DNA of 55,621 nucleotides from a virus (IMGVR_UViG_3300042923_000252:1-55621), one strand, 5' to 3'; positions 35,637-46,783 are shown, counted from the first letter of the stretch. Notes: generated by a model from the sequence alone, not told the origin. Numbers and translations are program-made.

Positions 35637-36055
35637 TCACTACCGTCCGCGCACTCCAGGAACACAGAGACGAACTCGAAGCAGACCTTCAGGAGTTCTT
35701 TCATTTGGACCTGGACGACCTAGAGCGTGGACGGTTGTCCCTTCACAAGATCTACGTCTGTGTCAAATCACTCATGCGGAAGCCAGGTCGTTCCACGCTG
35801 CTGATGGTTCTGGACGAAACCTCAGTGTGGGGCCCGGAGATGTGGGTGTCTGCTCGCATCTCCGATGCTCTCGAACTGAGCAACTACCTGTTCATTCAGG
35901 CTAACTCATCTGAGGAATCGGAAGAGGTTCCGTTGCCTGAGCCCATTGAGCGTCCAGGGCAGCCCAAGATGGCTGCCGAGGCGAAGCCCAAACCAGAGGA
36001 GTTCGCATCTGGCCAAGAAGTGGCCGCGTTCTTCAACAGGATGAATAGCTTGTAG
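35346..36055 (+). CDS. Tail assembly chaperone, -1 frameshift product
   Basis: G-GGA-AAC slippery site 35627-35633; the -1 frame is open through LEADLQEFF into ORF 35705-36055. Confidence 0.82.
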
Positions 36056-36063
36056 GAGGCCGT

Positions 36064-39000
36064 ATGGCTACGACTGGCAGCGGCCGGGGTCCGATCAAGG
36101 TCGGCAGCGGCTACATCGACGTCTTCCCTAAGATCAACCAGAAGCAGCTTCGAGAGGCCAAGGCTCAGCTAGAAAAGCAGATGGGGGCTTCCGGGAAGAA
36201 GGCTGGAAAGGCTCTCTCAGACGGTATCTCGACTCAGCTTGCCAACATCCCCAAGAAGGTGGCGCAAGCCTCCCAGAAGGCTCAGAAGGAGCTTCAGAGG
36301 GGTGCTCAGGACTCCAAGAAGGTGCTCAAGCGCATCGAGCAGGAGATCACCCGGGAGTACGGCAAGGAAGCCGGCAAGAGGTTCCGTGAGGCTGCCGAGC
36401 TGGAGAAGAAGAAGGCCAAGCTCCTCCAGAACACCTCTGCTGAGACCCGGAGGGCTCTTCAGGCCACGGTCCGAGGAGAGCAGCAGGCAGCCCGTGACAC
36501 GGCCCGGTCCTGGGAGACCGCGGAGCGTGAACGCCTTCGGATGATCCGAGAGCGGACCGTAGCTGCCGAGAAGGCTGCCCGGGAGGAAGCGGCTGCCCAT
36601 CGTCGTGCACAGCAGCAGATGCGTGAGGAGCTGCGGCGCACTCTTGCCGAGGCTCGCACTGCTCGTCTTGCAGACCTCCGGGGGCAGATGGATGCCCACC
36701 GGGACCAGGTACGGGCTCTCCGGGCTCAGCTCCTGGACTACCGGCGTCAGATGCAGGACCACTCACGCGCTGTGGGTCGGGGTCTGACTGACCTTAGGAC
36801 GGGTTGGCGCCGGCAGGGCGAGGCCATCGAGCGTCTCGGTACGAACATCACCGAGACCGGCCGCCTGGTCACCATGAACCTCCTGGCGCCCCTTGGCGCT
36901 GTTTCCACCATGCTCAGCACCATTGGTGTGCAGTCCGCAGACATGCGGATTCTGGGTCAGATGGGTCTTTCCGCTGCGGGTGTCTCGAAGAAATCTTCCG
37001 CTTCTGAAATGCGTAAGATTCAGGAATACGCCATCAACACTCCCTTCAGCATCGACACGATGCACGAATACCAGATGAAGATTATTCGCTCTATCGCTGG
37101 TAACGACAAGGAGTGGTACAAGAAGTCCACCAGGGGCGAGGCTGCAAACCGAGCCGCGGGTAAGACCACTGACATCATTATGGCCATCGGTGACACGATG
37201 GCCCGTGCCGGTAACCTGGACCCGGAGATGTTCAAGAGGGCCATGTATGCGGTTGACCGCATCATGGACATGGACAAGGCCCCGACTCGTAACATCAACC
37301 AGCTCGTTCAGGCCACCGGTATTCCTGCCGGTGAGCTTGCCCGGATGTTCGGCTTCTCGTCTGCCGGCGACTTCTGGAAGCAGGTTGGTACGCCTGTCGC
37401 CAAGGGTGGCGGTATCTCGGGTCAGGACATGATCAACAACCTTCTCATGGGTTGGGACCCGAACTACTTCGTCAAGGGCAAGAACGGCAAGCTGAAGATC
37501 GACCCGAAGACGGGTCAGCCCATCGTCAACAGCAATGACCACAGTACGGCTGGAGGTTCAGCCGGCTTCGGTGAGCGGATGACCTCCGCCACCATCTCGG
37601 GTCGTATTTCCCAGATCAAGGAGCGGGCTCAGTACGAGCTTGGTTCTCTCTTTGCCGAGGAAGACCCCAAGACGGGTGAGTACAAGTACACCGGTCTGGG
37701 TGAAGCCATCATGGGCAAGGCTCAGGGCAAGGACAAGAACGGAAACACCATCTACGAGGGCGGCCTTCTTCAGAAGGTCCAGGAGCTGGGTGGGGATCAG
37801 AAGGGGAACGTCACCACCCTCCTGAAGACGTTCTTCTCGTCCATCGGCACCTTCGTTGATCAAATCCAGTGGTTCTCCGACTGGCTGAATGCTCACCCGC
37901 AGGTCAAGGAGGTCTTCGCAAACCTCCTGAAGATGGCTGCTGCTGCTCTCCCGTTCATTATCGCTCTCGGTCTCCTGACGAAGACCTTCGGCAAGGTGAA
38001 CAAGATCCTCGGAGCCGCTCTCACGCCTTTGGCGGCAGTCTTCAAGGGTGTTCGTGGCGCCACTCGTACCGGTCGCCAGGTCCGCGCCGGCATGCAATCC
38101 CGTAACGAGGGTGGTTCCTTCCGGGACGGCTACCGTGCACGTCGCACCGAGCTTCGTGACGGTGACGACCGCGGTCCGCTGACTCGTACTCGGGACCGTG
38201 TGACTGGCAGGAACTCAAACCTTGATGGCCTGAGAGGGCAGATCCGGGACACAGAGGATGCCATCAGGCAGGCAGAGGACGGCATCACCGACCTCCAGCG
38301 GCAGATCCGAGAAGTCAACAGCGTCTCCATCCGTCAGTTGGTCGACAGGTTCGCCGGCTCGGGTGACGACAGCCTTCAGGGTGCTGCCCAGACTGCTCGT
38401 CAGCAGGTCGGCCAGACCACCCGAGAGGTCAACCAGCTCAACGGCCAGGGCCTCAACCAGGTGTCCGGTGAGGTCTCCGACCTCCAGGACAAGGTACGAA
38501 GCCTGACGGAGAAGGTCCGGGACTCGAAGGCTGCCTTCGGCAACCTGAATGATCAGAAGCTGACCCAACTGAAGGTGACGGTTGACGGTGCTGAGGGCAC
38601 CGTCACTGACCTGAAGAACAAGGTCGACAACACGGCTCTCTCGGTCGGTGACCTCAACGGCAAGAACCTGTCCCGACTGCGGGATCAGATACAGAACACG
38701 ATCAAGACCGCGGGTGACCTGGACGAGAAGATCAAGGGTGTCCGCAGCCGTGTGACCAACCTGAACGGGGCCGGCCTCGGCACCGTCCGGAAGCAGTTCA
38801 ACCAGCTCAACTCTGCCGCCAATGAGGTCTACAAGACGGTCGGCACCACCAAGTCCGGTGTGAACGGTCGGATTACGACTCTCAATGGTCGGAGCCTCAA
38901 GAGCATCATCTCCGCGGTGAAGGACTTGAAGGATGCTCTGGACGGGGCGGACGGCAAGGCAGACAACCTCAACGACTCCCTGAATGACATCTCCAAGCAT

Positions 39001-40632
39001 GCTCCCGGTGGTGGCTCTTCTGGCAAGAAAAAGAAGAAGGCCATGGGTGGTGTTCTTCCCGGTTACACACCGGGTGTCGACGTCCACCGGTTCTTCAGCC
39101 CTACGGCCGGCACGCTGGACCTGTCTGGTGGAGAGGCAGTCATGCGTCCCGAGTGGACCGCGGCTGTTGGTCCTCAGAAAGTCAACGAGCTGAACCAGAT
39201 CGCCCGTACCAAGGGCGTTCATGGTGTCCGTGATGCAATGCAGTTCGCCAACGGCGGCATCATCGAGAAGCTCGGTCTTCAGGGAATCATCGACACAGCA
39301 CGGGGATTCAACCTCGGTGTCGACGTCATCGGTGCGGCCCGGACCATGGACATGGATTCCTCGTCCCGCCCTCTCGGGGGCGATGTCCAGAGAGGCATCA
39401 TCGGTTCGGGCACGGACAGTGGGCACTTCATTGGTAGTGACACCTCCGTTCGTCTGGACACTCTCCGGAACTTCATGTCCCGGGATGCCTGGACGCTTCT
39501 GCGGAGGCTCCCGTCCAACGGAGCCAGTCAGGTTCTGGGCACCATCGGTGGTGCCCTTGCCCCGGTTGCCGGTGAGCACTTCTGGGATGACGTCTGGAAG
39601 GGCTCAGGGAACATCGTGGAGCGAGGAAATACCTTCCTCCAGCACATGTTCTCTCCGAGTTCCATCACGAAGATAATCACCAACTCACTGGACAATATCT
39701 GGGACACCATCACCGGGTTCTTCAACTCAGCGACGTCGTTCGCAACCGACCCGTACGGCACCATCAAGGATGCCCTGTCCGGTGTCTGGGAGATGACCAA
39801 GGAATCCTATGCCGGCGTCACCAGCACGGTGCAGGGCCTGAAGGAAATCTGGCAGAGCCCGAAGGACTATGCCGAGCAGGTTGTCAGCGATATCTATTCC
39901 ACGGCGAAGGACTCCCTTCCCAACATGAAGGGTCTTTTCGACTTCTCCAAGGACGACAAGCTGACGGCCAAGAAGCCCAACTTCGATCAGGTCATAGAGA
40001 GCGGGGGGCCGGGTACGGCTAGAGCCCTTACCTGGGCTCGTACTCAGCACGGCAAGCCTTATCAGTGGGGCGGAAACGGTAATCCCTCGTGGGACTGTTC
40101 AGGTTTCATGAGTGCTATCGAGTCCATGATTCGAGGGGAAAAGCCTCACCGTCGTTGGGCTACTGGGGCCTTCTCCGGTAGCCATGCTCCTTCCGGATGG
40201 GTACGCGGCCTAAAGGCACCCTTCATGATCGGTATTACCAATAAGGGTGTGGGCCACACAGCCGGAACTCTCAATGGCGTCAACGTTGAATCGAGAGGTG
40301 GAGCCGGCGTCATCGTCGGTCCAGGTGCACGAGGTTGGAACAACAGCCTCTTCACCGACACCTACGGCTTCAAGCCTTCCATTCCCGCGGCATACGCCAC
40401 TGGGACGCTCTCTGCGTCTCCTGGCCTCGCTCTGGTGGGTGAGAAGGGTCCTGAGCTTGTCGACTTCGGAAAGGGCGGTCAGCGGGTCTTCAACGACCGG
40501 GACACAGAGGCTCTTTTGGGTGGTGGCCGGCCGGTCTCTGTGACTGTCAACGAGGCCAAGCACGAGACAACGCCTCAGGCAATTCTCCGAGGCTTCCAGT
40601 GGATTGACGCCATGTACGGCAGTCGACTCTAA
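36064..40632 (+). CDS. Tape measure protein with C-terminal NlpC/P60-like hydrolase
   Basis: 1522 aa helical; AMGGVLPG and VGEKGPELV motifs; PYQWGG...WDCSG...GHT. Confidence 0.95.
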   Translation: MATTGSGRGPIKVGSGYIDVFPKINQKQLREAKAQLEKQMGASGKKAGKALSDGISTQLANIPKKVAQASQKAQKELQRGAQDSKKVLKRIEQEITREYGKEAGKRFREAAELEKKKAKLLQNTSAETRRALQATVRGEQQAARDTARSWETAERERLRMIRERTVAAEKAAREEAAAHRRAQQQMREELRRTLAEARTARLADLRGQMDAHRDQVRALRAQLLDYRRQMQDHSRAVGRGLTDLRTGWRRQGEAIERLGTNITETGRLVTMNLLAPLGAVSTMLSTIGVQSADMRILGQMGLSAAGVSKKSSASEMRKIQEYAINTPFSIDTMHEYQMKIIRSIAGNDKEWYKKSTRGEAANRAAGKTTDIIMAIGDTMARAGNLDPEMFKRAMYAVDRIMDMDKAPTRNINQLVQATGIPAGELARMFGFSSAGDFWKQVGTPVAKGGGISGQDMINNLLMGWDPNYFVKGKNGKLKIDPKTGQPIVNSNDHSTAGGSAGFGERMTSATISGRISQIKERAQYELGSLFAEEDPKTGEYKYTGLGEAIMGKAQGKDKNGNTIYEGGLLQKVQELGGDQKGNVTTLLKTFFSSIGTFVDQIQWFSDWLNAHPQVKEVFANLLKMAAAALPFIIALGLLTKTFGKVNKILGAALTPLAAVFKGVRGATRTGRQVRAGMQSRNEGGSFRDGYRARRTELRDGDDRGPLTRTRDRVTGRNSNLDGLRGQIRDTEDAIRQAEDGITDLQRQIREVNSVSIRQLVDRFAGSGDDSLQGAAQTARQQVGQTTREVNQLNGQGLNQVSGEVSDLQDKVRSLTEKVRDSKAAFGNLNDQKLTQLKVTVDGAEGTVTDLKNKVDNTALSVGDLNGKNLSRLRDQIQNTIKTAGDLDEKIKGVRSRVTNLNGAGLGTVRKQFNQLNSAANEVYKTVGTTKSGVNGRITTLNGRSLKSIISAVKDLKDALDGADGKADNLNDSLNDISKHAPGGGSSGKKKKKAMGGVLPGYTPGVDVHRFFSPTAGTLDLSGGEAVMRPEWTAAVGPQKVNELNQIARTKGVHGVRDAMQFANGGIIEKLGLQGIIDTARGFNLGVDVIGAARTMDMDSSSRPLGGDVQRGIIGSGTDSGHFIGSDTSVRLDTLRNFMSRDAWTLLRRLPSNGASQVLGTIGGALAPVAGEHFWDDVWKGSGNIVERGNTFLQHMFSPSSITKIITNSLDNIWDTITGFFNSATSFATDPYGTIKDALSGVWEMTKESYAGVTSTVQGLKEIWQSPKDYAEQVVSDIYSTAKDSLPNMKGLFDFSKDDKLTAKKPNFDQVIESGGPGTARALTWARTQHGKPYQWGGNGNPSWDCSGFMSAIESMIRGEKPHRRWATGAFSGSHAPSGWVRGLKAPFMIGITNKGVGHTAGTLNGVNVESRGGAGVIVGPGARGWNNSLFTDTYGFKPSIPAAYATGTLSASPGLALVGEKGPELVDFGKGGQRVFNDRDTEALLGGGRPVSVTVNEAKHETTPQAILRGFQWIDAMYGSRL

Positions 40633-40647
40633 GAAAGAGGTGGACGT

Positions 40648-41637
40648 ATGCCTATTCCGGTGCTAAGGCGGGTTAACACGCCTGTACCCACAGGGCCCCC
40701 GCCCCCTCAGCCGGTGCACTGGGAGCGGACGTACGTATCCATCCGAGGGAAGAACGGTGAGGGGGAGGAAATCCCCCTCACTGACTTCTCTAACTCGAAG
40801 TGGCCGGGCATTTTCATGATGCCCGGCGCTACGGGTTTGGATGCACCTCCGTTCGAACTGCACTCGGATGACAGCCCCAATCTGGACGGTGGAATGTTCC
40901 GGGATGCTCGGGCAGTTGCCCGGGAAATCATGCTCCCGATCTACCTCCACGGAATCGACAGGCAGACAGTCAAGGAGCTGAAGAAGCGACTTGTATCGGC
41001 CCTGAACCCCAAGAAGGGGTTCTGTGTCCTGAAGTTCGTAGAGGGGGACGGAGTCCCTCGCTACCTCAAGTGTTACTACAAGAGTGGCATGGAAGGCAGT
41101 GAGGCGCAGGACCAGTCAGGTTTCACCTGGAAGAAGTTCGGTATCCAGCTCACTGCCTTTGACCCCTACTTCTACTCGGACGATGTCCAGGTAGCTCAGT
41201 GGGTTTTCGGTGGAGGGAAGGCGTTCTTCTCTACGACCGAAGCGTTCTATCCCCTGCGTCTGAACGCAGGCATGGTCGCCGGCTCCTCAGTCGACGTCTC
41301 CAACCCGGGTGACGTTGAGGCGTGGCCCCGGTGGGAACTGGAAGGCCCCATCAAGGGGTTCACCTTCGCCAGTCCCGATGGCCAGTCCTTCGGGGTCACT
41401 CCCCCGTCCAACGGCTCCGACGTTGTCCCTGCCGGCCGGACTCTGACCATCGACACCAGACCGGGCTTCAAGTCCCTCAGGGACGACGTGAATACGAACT
41501 ACTGGCCGGTCCTGGACCCCAACCCGCAACTCTGGTCACTTCCTGAAGGGCACTCCACGTGCACTGTCGACATTCTTCCTGGTGCCACAGGGGCCAAGGT
41601 GCGGCTGATATTCCAGCCGAGATACGAGGGCTACTGA
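40648..41637 (+). CDS. Distal tail (Dit-like) protein
   Basis: Follows the TMP; DPYFY, NPGDVEAWP. Confidence 0.85.
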   Translation: MPIPVLRRVNTPVPTGPPPPQPVHWERTYVSIRGKNGEGEEIPLTDFSNSKWPGIFMMPGATGLDAPPFELHSDDSPNLDGGMFRDARAVAREIMLPIYLHGIDRQTVKELKKRLVSALNPKKGFCVLKFVEGDGVPRYLKCYYKSGMEGSEAQDQSGFTWKKFGIQLTAFDPYFYSDDVQVAQWVFGGGKAFFSTTEAFYPLRLNAGMVAGSSVDVSNPGDVEAWPRWELEGPIKGFTFASPDGQSFGVTPPSNGSDVVPAGRTLTIDTRPGFKSLRDDVNTNYWPVLDPNPQLWSLPEGHSTCTVDILPGATGAKVRLIFQPRYEGY

Positions 41638-41638
41638 C

Positions 41639-43027
41639 ATGTACAGAATTGAGGTACGGGACAAGGACCTGAATCGTATTGGCGAGATCGACACCTGGAT
41701 TCAGTTGGACTTGGTCATTCAGTTCTGTGACCAGGGCTCCTGGAAGCTCCTGGTGAAGGCAGGCACAGAGCAGGCCGAACTACTCCAGCGCGGAGGTGGC
41801 GTCGCCATCTACCAGGACGGTGTGGAGAAGCCTCTTCTCACTGGACAGATTGAGGACTTCCAGAAGTACTGGACTACTGTCCAGCACTCCTCAGAGGGAT
41901 CGGTCTTCGTCGGTGGGAAGACCGACAACAAGCTTGCCTTCTCTCGGCTCGCTTTCCCTGACCCCTCCAAGTCTGTTTCCCAGCAGTGGTCCAGCTCGAT
42001 GGACGTACGAGCTGCCAGAGGTGCCGTAAATACCCTGGTGTGGAACGAGATAGACAAGGCCATGGGCCCTTCTGCCATCACCAATCGACGGGTAGCCGGC
42101 ATCAATGTAGGGACCCCTCCTACTCCGTTCGCTGATCTCAAGGCAGACACCCTCAGGTACGACGTTATCGGGGAGAAGTTGTCTGAGTGGTGCAGCAACA
42201 AGAAGACAGGCTGGCAGCTTCTCTACAACCCCAACACCAAGACGATTGATCTGGACGTCTATACGCCGCGGGACCTCTCCAAGGAGGTCCGCTTCTCTAC
42301 CGACCTGGGAAACCTCCGTGAGTTCATCTGGACCTTGTCCGCTCCGAAGGTGACCAGAGTCATCGTCGCCTGCCAGGGCGAGGGCAAGGAGCGCTACGTC
42401 TGGCAGAAGATTGACTCGACCTCAGAAGCTGAGTGGGGTCTTCAGATCGAGCAGTTCGTGGACCGCAGGGACATCCCCCTCAAGACCGCCTCGAACGGCC
42501 AGCCGGCCTTGGTTACCAAGAAGCTGGAGAACGGCTGGGAGGACATCGGGACGAACCCCGATGGTGAGGAGTGGACGACCGAGCTTGCCACTGCCAGGGC
42601 TGCTTACGAGGCTGCCGTGGATGCCGACCCCGAAGGAAACCATGACGTCGAATATGACGCCGTGGTGTACGCCATTGCTGCCGCCAAACCCGTTGCCGTC
42701 GCCTACTACCTGGACGTCATCGAGCAGGCCGCGGACGACGTGCTGAAGGAAGGCGAGAAGAACGGCAACTTCCAGATCTATCCCATTGACACCGAACAGA
42801 TCAAGTTCGGGCGGGACTACTTCGTTGGGGACTTCGTAACCGTTGAGATCGACGGAACTGAGTACGTGGACATGGTCCGTGAAGTGAATATCACCGTGGA
42901 TGACGGAGGCAACGCCGTAACGGTCGCTCCGAAGATCGGTGAGCAAGGGAGTGGTGACCCTCTGAACCTCTACAAGTCCGTATTTGAGATGCGTGAGAAG
43001 CTGCGCAAACTGGAAGCGAGGATGTGA
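41639..43027 (+). CDS. Minor tail / hub protein (ReqiPepy6 Gp37-like)
   Basis: GQ/GEG..R, EQFVDRRD, FGRDYFVGD.V. Confidence 0.85.
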   Translation: MYRIEVRDKDLNRIGEIDTWIQLDLVIQFCDQGSWKLLVKAGTEQAELLQRGGGVAIYQDGVEKPLLTGQIEDFQKYWTTVQHSSEGSVFVGGKTDNKLAFSRLAFPDPSKSVSQQWSSSMDVRAARGAVNTLVWNEIDKAMGPSAITNRRVAGINVGTPPTPFADLKADTLRYDVIGEKLSEWCSNKKTGWQLLYNPNTKTIDLDVYTPRDLSKEVRFSTDLGNLREFIWTLSAPKVTRVIVACQGEGKERYVWQKIDSTSEAEWGLQIEQFVDRRDIPLKTASNGQPALVTKKLENGWEDIGTNPDGEEWTTELATARAAYEAAVDADPEGNHDVEYDAVVYAIAAAKPVAVAYYLDVIEQAADDVLKEGEKNGNFQIYPIDTEQIKFGRDYFVGDFVTVEIDGTEYVDMVREVNITVDDGGNAVTVAPKIGEQGSGDPLNLYKSVFEMREKLRKLEARM

Positions 43028-43028
43028 A

Positions 43029-44096
43029 ATGGCAGAAATCAGCTACCCGTTTGCGGATGACTCCGCTGGTGGAGGCAGTAAGAATCTCTCTCAGGTTCAG
43101 TGGCAGGCCATGGCTCGTATGTGGGGCGGAGACCGGGTTGACTTCCAGCTCACCTCAACCTCCTATGCGAGCACTGCCCTCCCCTTCTCGGCCGTGGTGA
43201 ACACCAACCGCAATGTGGTCGTTCAGCCGGGCAAGGCTTGGGTCGGAGGCTTCTACTACGAACTCACTGCGCCGGCCACCGTGGCTGTGCCGGACAACCT
43301 GACCAGCAACCCGCGGAAGGATCTCATCGTCCTTCAGGCGAACCTCTCCACCGGCTCGGTGAACATCAAGCTCGTCCAGGGAACGCCGGCCGCAAGCCCG
43401 ATCGTTCCTCAGCCTCGCAGGCAGATCGGCTCTCTGTGGGAGATGCCTCTGTGGGAGGTCAACGCGGGAGCGAACAACGCCACCGTCAGCGTCAACCTCC
43501 GTATGCCGTTCGACCAGCCTCACCACGTGGCCTACCCGATCAACTCGGGGAACAGTGCAGCGTTGATGCCCCGCGGCACCTTCTTCCTGGACATGGACAC
43601 CAACCAGGACGGGGCTCAGTTCGAGGGCTTCATGGGTCGGGATGGCCAGGCAGTCACCCGACACCTGGGTTCCCGGGTCGAGTACACCCCTGACCTCTTC
43701 ACGGTGACCAACAAGCCTTCTGCGGCCAACCGGAAGGGCTACTGGAGGTACATAGCTCCGGGCCTTGCGTACTTCTCCCTGAAGATCAGCAACACCTCCA
43801 CCTCCGCAGTCAATGCCGCATCGGGTGGATGGGCTATTGGTTTCACTCTGCCTGTGCCGACTTCCAAGGCCACCAACACCATTCTCTATGGCTTCCTGGA
43901 CAACCCGGAGAAGAGAAGCAGCTTCCCGAACTTCCTTCACGTCGTGGGCAAGAACGAGAACGGCGGAAACACCAACTGCTACCTGCACTACACCAACTTC
44001 AACACCCTCAAGGAGGGGTTGGACGGACTCAAGACTATCCCCGGCAAGTCGGTGCTGACCATCACGGGAGTCTACGAGACAAACGACTTTGACTAA
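43029..44096 (+). CDS. Minor tail protein
   Basis: SYPF, VQPGKAWVGG..Y, PRKDLIVL, GTPAASP. Confidence 0.8.
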   Translation: MAEISYPFADDSAGGGSKNLSQVQWQAMARMWGGDRVDFQLTSTSYASTALPFSAVVNTNRNVVVQPGKAWVGGFYYELTAPATVAVPDNLTSNPRKDLIVLQANLSTGSVNIKLVQGTPAASPIVPQPRRQIGSLWEMPLWEVNAGANNATVSVNLRMPFDQPHHVAYPINSGNSAALMPRGTFFLDMDTNQDGAQFEGFMGRDGQAVTRHLGSRVEYTPDLFTVTNKPSAANRKGYWRYIAPGLAYFSLKISNTSTSAVNAASGGWAIGFTLPVPTSKATNTILYGFLDNPEKRSSFPNFLHVVGKNENGGNTNCYLHYTNFNTLKEGLDGLKTIPGKSVLTITGVYETNDFD

Positions 44097-44107
44097 GCGG
44101 AGGAACT

Positions 44108-46765
44108 ATGGCTCGAAATCTGTTTGGTGGTTCAGCCGCTGATGTCGCTGAGGACATTGAAGGCGTCCGAGTCCCTGACGCCGTAGGTAACGTCTATGAC
44201 GGCCCCACTCCTGGGGCCAGCCTGGTAACAGACCTTCAGGACGCATCCGGCAACCCCATCACTTCACTCGTTTCTGACACTCAGGGCATGGTGTCTCACT
44301 TCTACGGCCCTGACGGTGTCACCCTTCTCTACGCGGACTTCGGGGCCGGCCGTGTGGCCATGGTCCCCGTCAACCTTGCTACCGACTTTGCTGAACATGT
44401 GGAGGCTGACGACCCTCACGGCTCCAAGGCTGATGCCCTGGCTGAAGTCAACGCTCAGAAGGGAGCTGCTCTCGGTATCGCCACCCTTGATGAGTTTGGA
44501 AAGGTCCCCGCGGCACAGCTCCCCACGGGTACCGGAGGGGGCGGAGGCAGTGGCTCGTCCGTCTGGCTCAACGTCAAGGACGCTCCCTACAACGCCGTTG
44601 GTGACGGCATAGCAGACGACACCACGGCCCTCCAGAGCTCAATCAACGCAGCCGGCATCGGTGGCGTGGTCTACCTCCCCAAGGGTGTCTACCGCACCTC
44701 TCAGCCTCTCGACCTTCCGCGGGGCATCACCCTCCAGGGCTCCCACTCCAACCTGATGGTGGGCCCGGGGATGACGGACAACGACTTCCCTTGCTACATA
44801 CAGGCCCTCCCCTCCTTCACCGGAGGGGCCATGATCCGGATTGTCGGGGAGAACGATGGTGTTCACCCGGCCATCAACGGTGAGCAGCGTCTGTATAACC
44901 TCATGCTCGACGGCTCGAAGGCCACCGGTCCTGTCGTGGACGGTATCTACGCCAAGGGCAACGTTCAGAACGTCGTCATGCGGGACGTCTGTATCCGCAA
45001 GGTCTCCCATGACGGGATCACCTCCGCTCCCAACGCTGCCGGTGAGTGGCCCTACTCCTGGCGTCTCCACTCCGTGATGGTGGACAACGTCAAGGGTGCG
45101 GGCATGATCTTCGAGAGGAACACTGACCTGACCCTTGATGACTGCCAAGTCATCGGCTCGAAGTTCAGCGGTATCAAGCTCGTCAACTGTGCCAACACCA
45201 TCGTGGAGAAGTGCCGTGCCGAGTGGAACGGTGAGTTCGGCTTCCACATCACTGGAGCCTGGGGCAACTGGCCCGGTTCAGGCTCGATGACCCTCACCAA
45301 CTGCTCGACTGACCGCAACGGTTGGGACGGTGTCCGGGTGGACTCCACCGGCAACGGAGCCATTCTGATCAACGCCCTGATGACTCGCCGGGATGGCCGG
45401 AATGGTGGTCCTGGTGGTGGAGGCTACGCCGGCCTGAAGCTGGGCAATCAGTCCCCTGTCGTGGTCAACGGCATCACGTGCTACGTCGGCACAGACGACG
45501 GTGGTACGGCCAACACCTCTCCCCAGTACGGGGTTCGTATCGGTGGTGCGCGGGACGTCCAGATCGACAACGCCTACCTCCACGGCCTTGCTGCCGGCCT
45601 CTACGACGAAGGCAACAACACCCGGGTGACCCTGGGTATGGTTACCTCTGTCGCCGGCAACAACTACGCCGAAGACCGAGTGGTCATCGACGCCTCAGAC
45701 GCAGCCCTTGGCTGGCACAACGTCAAGGCATTCGGAGCACGAGGAGACGGTGTCTCCGATGACACCGCTGCCATTCAGGCCGCGGTGAACCAGGCTGCTG
45801 CCGACAAGACGACCGTGTACTTCCCCACTGGCACCTTCCTGGTCTCGACTCCCGTCATCCTGCCTGCCGGTGAGGGCTACGCCCTCGTCGGGTCTGGCTG
45901 GGGTGCCCGGGTCAAGCTCAAGGGAAGCAGCAACGCGTACGTCTTCCGTATGACCGGTGAGGACACCCGGATCACCGTCCGGGACATCACCATTGACGGC
46001 AACTGCCTCGAACAGCAGACAACCGGTACGTCTGGTGGCATCTACGGTGCCGGCGCCGTTGCCTGCCGGTTCGACAACGTCCACTTCATCGCATGCCGGG
46101 ACGATGCTCTGTACCTCGGAGGCATGAACAACGCTGCCTTCGGCCACAACAACAGGATCATCGGCTGTCTCTTCGATGAGTCCATGACCTCCCCTGGTCC
46201 TGGCCGCGGTATCTACATGAACAGCAGCGATGAGAACCAGATCATTGCCTGTGACTTCGAGTTCCTCGGAGGCTCCGGAGGCACTGGGCTGGAGACTGCC
46301 GTGTGCATCCTGGACCGGGCAGGGACGCAGTTCATCGACGCGTGCAACTTCGTCGGTGGAGCCACGAATAACACCAAGGGTGTTCGTCTCCAGGACTGTT
46401 CCAGTACCAAGGTCATCGGATGCAACTTCGATGGCACTGCCGGGGACTCCGTCTTCATTGCTGCCACCGGCAACAGCGTCACGGGATGCACCATCTTCAG
46501 TCCTGGTGAGGTTGGCACCCTGAACGGTCAGGTCTCCGGTATCCACCTGGAGTACGGCTCCAAGAACAACCTGATTCAGGGCAACTCCATCGCCTCGTCT
46601 CCGACCAATGGACGCACTCGTTCCCTGATCCGGGAAGAGGCCATGGGAGACGCCGGCCCCAACCTGATCACTGGCAACGTCCTGATCACCAAGGGCACCC
46701 TCGCTGTTGAGGTAGCCGAGATCGACGGTGCAGGAACAATCTTCACCAACAACCTTGGAGCTTAA
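44108..46765 (+). CDS. Tailspike/fibre with two right-handed beta-helix (pectate-lyase-3-like) domains
   Basis: NVKD..AVGDGIADDT.A.Q and NVKAFGARGDGVSDDTAAIQ repeats. Confidence 0.88.
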   Translation: MARNLFGGSAADVAEDIEGVRVPDAVGNVYDGPTPGASLVTDLQDASGNPITSLVSDTQGMVSHFYGPDGVTLLYADFGAGRVAMVPVNLATDFAEHVEADDPHGSKADALAEVNAQKGAALGIATLDEFGKVPAAQLPTGTGGGGGSGSSVWLNVKDAPYNAVGDGIADDTTALQSSINAAGIGGVVYLPKGVYRTSQPLDLPRGITLQGSHSNLMVGPGMTDNDFPCYIQALPSFTGGAMIRIVGENDGVHPAINGEQRLYNLMLDGSKATGPVVDGIYAKGNVQNVVMRDVCIRKVSHDGITSAPNAAGEWPYSWRLHSVMVDNVKGAGMIFERNTDLTLDDCQVIGSKFSGIKLVNCANTIVEKCRAEWNGEFGFHITGAWGNWPGSGSMTLTNCSTDRNGWDGVRVDSTGNGAILINALMTRRDGRNGGPGGGGYAGLKLGNQSPVVVNGITCYVGTDDGGTANTSPQYGVRIGGARDVQIDNAYLHGLAAGLYDEGNNTRVTLGMVTSVAGNNYAEDRVVIDASDAALGWHNVKAFGARGDGVSDDTAAIQAAVNQAAADKTTVYFPTGTFLVSTPVILPAGEGYALVGSGWGARVKLKGSSNAYVFRMTGEDTRITVRDITIDGNCLEQQTTGTSGGIYGAGAVACRFDNVHFIACRDDALYLGGMNNAAFGHNNRIIGCLFDESMTSPGPGRGIYMNSSDENQIIACDFEFLGGSGGTGLETAVCILDRAGTQFIDACNFVGGATNNTKGVRLQDCSSTKVIGCNFDGTAGDSVFIAATGNSVTGCTIFSPGEVGTLNGQVSGIHLEYGSKNNLIQGNSIASSPTNGRTRSLIREEAMGDAGPNLITGNVLITKGTLAVEVAEIDGAGTIFTNNLGA

Positions 46766-46770
46766 CCAAA

Positions 46771-46783
46771 GTTGAATCGAGAC
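46771..46783 (+). promoter_or_regulatory. 13-bp operator/stoperator followed by a hairpin at 46786-46813
   Basis: GTTGAATCGAGAC. Confidence 0.8.
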
